From Kiritimatiellia bacterium (lineage in GTDB: Bacteria; Verrucomicrobiota; Kiritimatiellia; RFP12; UBA1067): a DNA stretch of 64,000 bases. The notes under the pieces were generated by a model. It did not search any database. It saw nothing but the letters and a program-made list of their open reading frames with translations, and was not told the origin of the DNA. The translations under genes and the position numbers were made by a program. Every line of letters begins with the position of its first letter. The first letter of the stretch is position 1. The stretch is from the NCBI GenBank assembly GCA_017454745.1, contig JAFTCL010000029.1:23968-87967 (forward strand), in the 5' to 3' direction. Of the stretch, positions 47,226 to 54,700 are shown one piece after another.

Positions 47226-48173
47226 ATGAAGGTATTCAAATTAATGTTGTGTGTCGCCGCAGTTTCGGCGATGATTTTGCCTGTCCGGGCTGACGATGAC
47301 GAAGAGGGCGAAGATACGCGCCCATATGTCTCGATAAACAAGGAGGATGTTGTCAACAAAACTGACAACAAAACCGCCAATTTCAGGGCGCTGATAGATC
47401 GACTGAACAACGATCTCGTTGAGACGGGCCTTTATCGCGTCATGAGTATGGAGGATGCCATCAAGGCTGTCAAGAAAGCCGATCAGATGAGTGTTGTCGG
47501 GGATGATGGAGGCGGTGGAACGAAAATAACGACACCCGCGTTTTTCGTTGGCATGACTATTACGACATACGGCGTGACTACCGCGCGCAGTCAGAACGCG
47601 CTCACAAATGTGAAAATCGGTACGGAAGTTGCCAAGGTCGAGCTGATTCTCAAGGTTGTGGACGCTCGTTCTGCGGAAACGATCAAGTCAAAGAATATCG
47701 ATGCTTCGGCCTTTGGGCAACTTACCGGTGCGGCGGGCAATCTGCGCGAGCAGGTGCTCCAGAGTGCTGCAAAGAAGGCCTGCGAGAAGATTGTGTACGA
47801 ACTTATCAAGCTTACGCCGTTTGGCATCCTTGATGTTGAGAATGGAGTTGTAACGCTTGATGTACCCGGTTCGCTTAAGATTATGGGCAAACCGGTACAG
47901 ACAGGGACACAATTCGTTGTGTCGAAATTAGGAAAGGGTAAGAAGAGTAGGCGAACCGGCAAGGTGACACGCTCCGAAACGCAAGTTGCCGTGGTGAGCG
48001 TCACGTCTGTAGGAGAGGATTCATGCACGGCCAAGATCGTCAACGGTAAGATTGAGCCTATCGGAGATGATGAGGATACGCAGTATGATCCATACATCGT
48101 AAAAATCAATGAGGGTGCTGCCGGCACGCCTCCGCCGCCTCCGCCACCAGAAGATAACGGTGCGCCGTTCTAA
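47226..48173 (+). CDS. Secreted CsgG/LpoB-like protein with a poly-Pro C-terminal tail (island gene C).
   Basis: Signal peptide MKVFKLMLCVAAVSAMILPVRA. CsgG-like FRALIDRLNNDLVETGLYRVMSMEDAIKAVKK and KITTPAFFVGMTITTYGV. C-terminal PPPPPPPE. RBS GAGGTG. Confidence 0.55.
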   Translation: MKVFKLMLCVAAVSAMILPVRADDDEEGEDTRPYVSINKEDVVNKTDNKTANFRALIDRLNNDLVETGLYRVMSMEDAIKAVKKADQMSVVGDDGGGGTKITTPAFFVGMTITTYGVTTARSQNALTNVKIGTEVAKVELILKVVDARSAETIKSKNIDASAFGQLTGAAGNLREQVLQSAAKKACEKIVYELIKLTPFGILDVENGVVTLDVPGSLKIMGKPVQTGTQFVVSKLGKGKKSRRTGKVTRSETQVAVVSVTSVGEDSCTAKIVNGKIEPIGDDEDTQYDPYIVKINEGAAGTPPPPPPPEDNGAPF

Positions 48174-48203
48174 TGACGGATTCCGGACTGTTTGGAATCG
48201 GAC

Positions 48204-48232
48204 GGAGCTTCACCATTTGCCGGTGAAGCTCC
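48204..48232 (+). other. Perfect 11-bp stem hairpin between island genes C and D.
   Basis: GGAGCTTCACC, loop atttgcc, GGTGAAGCTCC. No T-run follows, so a classical terminator is uncertain. Confidence 0.35.
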
Positions 48233-48259
48233 GTTACTAGAAAGATGGAGAACTAATAT

Positions 48260-49045
48260 ATGAGAAGTGTGTGCTTTGTTTTCGCGGTGTTCGCGACCTT
48301 TTTAGTGGCTGTAGCCGAAACGCCGCTTGTTTCGGTCAATGTGATTGTTGCCACCAATACGGTGGGTGATGCCGATGCTGCGGCAAAGGCTGTGGCCGAA
48401 GTCGCAGAACGGACCGCACGGGCTGATGCGGCTCGGAAAAGAAGTTCCGTTGTGGTCAGTCAGTTGATTGCGGATATGAAACCTGTTCCGGGGCGGGTTT
48501 ACCTTCTCGGGCGTACGGAGGTCACTGCGGAGCAGTGGCATTCCGTCATGAAACCGGACGTTCCGTTTGTCGGCAAGGCTGATCTTCCGGTTTCTGGCGT
48601 AAGCTGGGACGATTGCCAGGATTTCATCAAGCGACTAAATGAACGTAGTGAGACAAGCGCTGAAGGATTGTCTTTCCGCCTTCCGACGGTCAAGGAATGG
48701 CGGCATGCGTGTCTGGCTGGCGCAAAGGGCAAATGGGGGCTTGTAACCGCAAAAACCGTGGGACAACTTGATTCCGTGGGATGGTATGCGGGAAACAGCG
48801 GAAGTCGAAAATCAGCCATCGCGCAGAAGACGCCTAATGTCTGGGGTTTCTATGATATGCACGGAAATGTTTTTGAATGGTGTTCCGATACGAGTCCGGA
48901 ATACGGCGGAGATTTCCGAATGCGAGTCGGTGGAAGTTTCAGATCACCATCCGAACAATGTGCGGCATCGTTTGCGAATAGTGCGAATAGGCAGTTTTCG
49001 CGATATGATGACCAGGGGGTTCGACTTATTTGTGAACGGCATTAA
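48260..49045 (+). CDS. Secreted formylglycine-generating-enzyme (SUMF1/FGE, DUF323) family protein (island gene D).
   Basis: Signal peptide. FGE hallmarks VSGVSWDDCQDF, LPTVKEWRHACLAG, NVWGFYDMHGNVFEWCSD and RVGGSF. Confidence 0.7.
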   Translation: MRSVCFVFAVFATFLVAVAETPLVSVNVIVATNTVGDADAAAKAVAEVAERTARADAARKRSSVVVSQLIADMKPVPGRVYLLGRTEVTAEQWHSVMKPDVPFVGKADLPVSGVSWDDCQDFIKRLNERSETSAEGLSFRLPTVKEWRHACLAGAKGKWGLVTAKTVGQLDSVGWYAGNSGSRKSAIAQKTPNVWGFYDMHGNVFEWCSDTSPEYGGDFRMRVGGSFRSPSEQCAASFANSANRQFSRYDDQGVRLICERH

Positions 49046-49084
49046 TTTTATGGAAGAGCCGCCAGCAAATTTCCAGTGCAACGC

Positions 49085-51685
49085 TCACTGCACTAGCCGA
49101 AGTTCGGCGAATTCCACTTCGGCACCGATTTCGCTTCCCGGATCGATACGGATCGAGTCAATCCGTCCGCGCCATGCCTTGTGCCCGGAGACCGGGAAAC
49201 GGTAGTCGTGCCATTTGCCGTCGGCTATGATTTCGCGGTGCATGGACGACTTTTCTGAGATTGGACCCGCGCTGCCACCCCAAAAGAGCTGAAGCGTCCC
49301 GGCGGCGTCGCGCGTACGCATCCGTACAATGACAGTGCCGAATTCCTTCGCCCGGATGCGTTGGGCCGAGACGGATACTGCAGGGTCGCGGCTGGTGGTG
49401 GAATAGGCGACACCCTCGCCGGTGGACCGTGCGCTGGAAAGGCCCATAAACGCATTCCAACCTTTCGGTTCGCCGTCCTTGCAGCTCCATGAGGTCTTCT
49501 TCTCTTGTGGCGGAGGTGGCGGGATGTCGTATGGCCCGAGGCCGACATCTTTCGGACCGTAGTTCTGCGGCCAGCCGGCGGCGGGTTTTTCACAGAAGGT
49601 TTCGCGCACCGCCTCGTAGAATCCGAAGCCGTGTTCGGAGTTCGGCTCGGCGTAGGATCCTTCGCCCCATTCGTTGAGCGGGGCGATGCAGAGGCGTTTT
49701 ACGCCAGTCTCGTCGGCGAACCGCTTTGCGGCCTGGCAGATGCTTCGGAAGTCGGCGGCGTTCTTGCCGTAGATTTCGCAGTGGTCGTTCCATGGGCGGT
49801 CGTCCCAGCCGGTGGATAGGTTGGGGAGGTACGGCAGGATGCCGGTCCGTTCAAGCGCGCGCCAATTTTCGACATTCGCTTCCGCAACCTGCGAGTAGGG
49901 GAATCTGCGGTACGTATTGGAGCGTCCGCCGTGGTCCATGAAATGGTAGATGCTCGTCATGTCGAAACCCAAATCGCGGATTCTGCTTACGACCTCCGGC
50001 GTGCAGACCGCCTCTGGCCACTTCATCGAGATGAACCAGATGCCCCTGAATCCGGCTGCGCGCGCCATCTCGCGCGAGACTTCGAGCAGCCGCCGGCATC
50101 CTCCGTTACCCGCCATGTCGCGTTCTATGTTCTCCGGCGACCATATCCACACCACGGGCATACCGTCAATCTGCAGGTATTCGGGCGTGTTGAAGTAGTT
50201 CTCGATCCAGAACTTGGTTACCGCGCGCTGGTCTGCCTCGGAGTGGGTGCCTGGGGCGTTGTGGTTAGCCCACATCATGGCCCATTTCATGCGGTTACGG
50301 TACTTCGCGCGGTAGAACGCCTTCACCCAATGGTCAAGGTGCTGGCTGCCGGCACTCCAGTACCAGTCCACATAGAGCGTACAGATGCCGTTTTCGACGA
50401 GCCACTTGATCTGCCAATCGACGATTTCGGGGTTTGCCTCGTCGTACCATCCCAAGACCGGCTTACGCTCCGGACAGGTGTTGCGCACGCGCTCCCAGCT
50501 TCTATAGGTGTTCCAGCCGGGGAAGTAGAGGGCGGCGATGTCGTATGTCGTGCGAACGGGCTTCGGTTCCGGCACGTAGCTTGCTTTTACGAGATCGAGT
50601 GATGGGGCGGCTTTTAGAACGACCTTTGTCGTGACGGGTGCAATGCCATCGGCCTTCAGTTCGACGGGAATCTCGTAGTTGCCGGGACGTACCGCCCGGA
50701 TCTCAACGGAGAATGTGGCTGTTTCGCCGTCCGCCACTGTGCGCGCCGCGCTGCGTCCGCCGCCGCTGATGCCGTCGGGTAATGCGGGGACGGATATTGA
50801 GGCGTTTTCGGCGGGCGCACCGCCGAGGTTCTCCACCACCAGCTCCACGGGTATAGGCTGCCCGGTGCGCGGAATAGCCTCGGCAGCTCGCGCGCTTTTT
50901 ACAATGAGGTCGGCGGGAATGTCACCGTCGTCACTGAACGTGCGGAAGTCTTTCGTTTCGAGCGGTTCGCCGGTTCGCGAATTCGTGAACTCCCACCATA
51001 CGATATTAACGTCTCTTCCGTTTTCGCCGGCCATATCGAGGGATATGGTGTGGGCGCGTCCGTCGCCGGGTACGGAGAACTTTCGGAAATGGCTGCCCGG
51101 AGCGTTGTCCGCGGCCCAGGCGAAGAGACCGGTCGCAGGAGTGTCGCCGTCAACGACGAATCTTACGCCCAGCGCGTTGGAAAGGGAGATGGGCTTCTGT
51201 GTAACTGCGGTTTCCACGCGCACTTCCGAGAGGGCGCATTCGCCGGCGTTGGCGGCGTTCGCCGGGAAATCGATGCGGACACAGCGGATGTCGCCTTCGC
51301 CATGCCAGAAGGGCCTCACGCGGTATTCGTGCCATTCTCCGTCGCCGATCCACTTGAAAGCCGCGCTGTGTTTTTGGTCCGGGCCTTTCATCTTGGTCGT
51401 TGTCCAGAAGATCTCGCCTTTGCCTTCCACGGGTGATTTGGCGCGGAACACGAGTTCTTGGGCGGGGGAGGCTGCGAAGGGTTTAACGTTGCCGCTGAAG
51501 AAGGAGTCGGGGCCGGCCGGTTTGCCGGTCAGGACTCCGTCTGCGAGCGCCGTTTCGCGCATCTGGTTCGCGCCGTGTTGCCAGGCATCGAGGTCGTTAC
51601 CACGCCAAACGGGTCCGCTGGCGGGTTCATCCGCTGCGATCGCAACGGTAACCGCCAGTGCAATAGCCGCAATCGTTTTAATCAT
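49085..51685 (-). CDS. Secreted glycoside hydrolase (GH99-like/WbsX-like catalytic domain) with N- and C-terminal beta-sandwich domains.
   Basis: Signal peptide MIKTIAAIALAVTVAIA. Central region with GWYDEANPEIVDWQIKW and PLNEWGEGSY (clan GH-A-like NEW motif). The family call is tentative. Confidence 0.45.
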   Translation of the reverse strand: MIKTIAAIALAVTVAIAADEPASGPVWRGNDLDAWQHGANQMRETALADGVLTGKPAGPDSFFSGNVKPFAASPAQELVFRAKSPVEGKGEIFWTTTKMKGPDQKHSAAFKWIGDGEWHEYRVRPFWHGEGDIRCVRIDFPANAANAGECALSEVRVETAVTQKPISLSNALGVRFVVDGDTPATGLFAWAADNAPGSHFRKFSVPGDGRAHTISLDMAGENGRDVNIVWWEFTNSRTGEPLETKDFRTFSDDGDIPADLIVKSARAAEAIPRTGQPIPVELVVENLGGAPAENASISVPALPDGISGGGRSAARTVADGETATFSVEIRAVRPGNYEIPVELKADGIAPVTTKVVLKAAPSLDLVKASYVPEPKPVRTTYDIAALYFPGWNTYRSWERVRNTCPERKPVLGWYDEANPEIVDWQIKWLVENGICTLYVDWYWSAGSQHLDHWVKAFYRAKYRNRMKWAMMWANHNAPGTHSEADQRAVTKFWIENYFNTPEYLQIDGMPVVWIWSPENIERDMAGNGGCRRLLEVSREMARAAGFRGIWFISMKWPEAVCTPEVVSRIRDLGFDMTSIYHFMDHGGRSNTYRRFPYSQVAEANVENWRALERTGILPYLPNLSTGWDDRPWNDHCEIYGKNAADFRSICQAAKRFADETGVKRLCIAPLNEWGEGSYAEPNSEHGFGFYEAVRETFCEKPAAGWPQNYGPKDVGLGPYDIPPPPPQEKKTSWSCKDGEPKGWNAFMGLSSARSTGEGVAYSTTSRDPAVSVSAQRIRAKEFGTVIVRMRTRDAAGTLQLFWGGSAGPISEKSSMHREIIADGKWHDYRFPVSGHKAWRGRIDSIRIDPGSEIGAEVEFAELRLVQ

Positions 51686-51718
51686 GGTCTCGATTCCGTC
51701 TTTGGTACCCGCCGTTAG

Positions 51719-54700
51719 TTATTTGAGGATGATTATCAAACCCTTAAGGACGTATATGCCGTCGTTGGCGATCTTGAGGTTGCAGCGGGACGCAAGCCTG
51801 CTCTCCTCGTCCAGCACGAACTTAACGTTGTTCGGCGGCGTTTCCCATGCGACCAGCCGTTCGCCGCTGTGCACCTCCCGACCCACGAGGTGGATGGTGA
51901 TGGTGGCATCGTCGGCGTAGGTGGTGGAACCGCAACCCCAAACATCCGGACTACGCGCCTGAAGCTCTCCCTCGCATTGCGAAAGATCGAGCACCGCGCC
52001 GTCGTGAAGCAGACAGCCGTATAGGCCGTCGCTTTGCCCTTGCGGCTGATACTGCCCAAGCACGTCGACCGGATATATGCCGCGGCTGATTTTCTCGGTT
52101 TCGCCGTCCATTGAGAATTCGTCCACGGTAAAGCTAGCTCCAAGCCACAATGCTACGCCGCCGGAAAGATGCAGATTCACCGTTGGCATGTCGAAATTAT
52201 TGAGCTGGTACGGGCGTACCCAGCCGCCGGAAACCACCTCCACCGTGCCGTTCTTGAACAATTCGCCGATCCAGAATGTCTTGTCGGAACCAAGGTGAAC
52301 GGTAAGCGTGTGGCCGTTGAGATCAATAACCTTGTCCGGAGTGTAAAACGTGGTCGAGCACGGTAGGTCAAACGTGGCGTCGGCGGTAAATTTGACATTC
52401 CCGATACCGCCGTAGTTGGTGTTCGTCTGATCAGGCCCCGAGTTGGCGAGCGTACCCCCGTTCATCACAATATTGTGTACCCGGAATGCATACTGCCCGC
52501 AAATGTCGAATACCGCATCCTGCTCAATGGTCAGTTCGGTGTTTTCGCCGCCCCAATAGTATTGCGCCTCGTAATAGGTGAGATTGTCCTTGATGGCGGT
52601 GCGCGCGCGAGCCGTACCGCATGCGATAACCGTGCCGCCGCCGTAAGTCTGCCCCGCGCAGCTGCCCACCAACGTGCCTTCACCCTCCTTGACCAGCTTG
52701 AGGTTGCCTAGCAGCGAAGTTGCGGTATTGTCGCAGATTTCGCCATCCGGCACCGTCACGTGAAGCTCACCCGGATTGTGTCCGTACGAATTTATCGTTT
52801 TCTCACCCTCAGTAAAGCCGGTGGATGTGTTGCTCATAAAGAACGTGTAATTGGTCGTTTCGAGAAGACCGATCGCTCCGTCGGCAAGTCGGCGGGCCGG
52901 CAGGAATTCGCGCATCAGCGTGCCGCTGGGGTTATACACCCGGAAGTGATGGAACCTGCCGGTGAAGTAGTTGGCCACACCATTGCCGGGTGCCTTACCA
53001 TGCGAGGCAAACAGGACAAACGCGCTTCCGGGCGTGAAATCGCCGGCTTTCATCGTCACGCGGTTGCCGCCGTTTATTGTCGCTTCTAGCGTTTTCCCGT
53101 CGGCAATCACCTCGTAATCGGTCGAGGCGTTGAGGGTCAGCGAAGCGGTAACGTTACCGTCATCGCGGTCAAACCGGAACTTATTGGTGATCATAAATGC
53201 CGAGAAGGATTTCTTGTAGTTTGTCGTACGGGAGCAGTATAAGCACTTGTTGGCATCGGTGTGCGCCGGACGTATTTTCATCACCACCCGGTCGTTGCAT
53301 GATGGCGTGTAACCGGTGTTCACCCATGCGCCGGAGGCAATGTTGACATAGTCGAGAATCTCGTACTCCGTTGTCGAGTCCAGGATTGTGACGTCGCCGC
53401 CGAGGTTGGTCACGTAGAGCTTGTGCCCGCGCAGGTCAATCGTGTTGCCGCTGCAACGCGAGAAGTCAAGCCCGCGCCAGTCGCAGTCCGCAGTGAGTAC
53501 GCAATTGTCCAGTTCGATGCGCGAATACGGGATGGATGTCGAGACCGGAATCTGCAACGAGACGTTGCCGGAAATCCGCACAACGGCGCCGGAATGCGGC
53601 ATGCCGTTCGGCACTGCCGTTCCCGCCGCGTCCGCGCAAGACCAGTTGGCGGGATTGGACACATCGCCATCGCCGGCGGCTCCGGTCCAGGTCGCGATTT
53701 CCACCACTCCGGCGGACCCGTAGAACAACCCGGTCTCTCCTGCGGTTGGGGCGATTCCGGCGGCAGCCGTCGCCTCGTCGAATGCGAAGGTCACATTTTC
53801 CGGTTTTCGCGGCCAACTTATGATCATGTCGCCTGCGTTAAAGGTTCGCCCGTGCACATCCAGCGTCACCATTGCGCCGTCTTCAAAGGAGACCAATCCG
53901 GGTTCGGTGAAGTCGCGCGGATTGCCGGATCCCGCCACCGCCGGCAACCCCTCCACGCTCCAAACGGAGCTCTCGCCGGAAAGATCCAGCGTGGAGCCGT
54001 CGCACATGGTAAGCGCCGGGTACATCGCGCCGGGACGGAATGTTCCGTGTACGGCCAAGGTGTATGCCAGGGTGTTCAGTTGCCAAGATGCGCCATCGTA
54101 TATGAAGTCACCGACATCGAACGGCCCTTTGTAGCCTTTGATAATCGCGCCGCCCTTGAATTCGACCGCAGACGACGCCGGGCCGTACCCGTAAGTCGTC
54201 TCGAACCGGGCACCTTCATTGCCTTTCAGCACGAGTTTTCCACCGGTCCCGTTATCGCGCCACGCGCCAATGTAAGTAAAACCGTTCGCCTCCACCGTCA
54301 GGGTGTGCCCGTTAAGCGCCAACAGTGAGGGCGAGGCGGCAATGTTTAGGAAGGCGAAAGTGTCGTCTCGGCCAACAATCGTGGTGTCGCCCGAAAGCGA
54401 GATGTTTCCGAAGATCCGCTGGGTCGTGGCGTTGGTGGCTATGACCGTGCCGGCAAGATCCAGATTGTACATCCCGTACGAATAGTTGACGCCTGAACCA
54501 AGGTCGAGCGTGGCTCCGGCACCCAGGGTAATCTTGTTGCGGCCGAGCGGCGCGTCGCTGGTGCCGAACCGCACAAAGCCGCCGGAAATCTGCGTCCCCA
54601 TATTGTATGTTTGGCGGGTCTTCAAGGCTATGAACGAACCGTCGCCGGTTTTTTCGACCCGGACGTTGCCGTCGATTAAGACGCGGTTGTTCATGATTTC

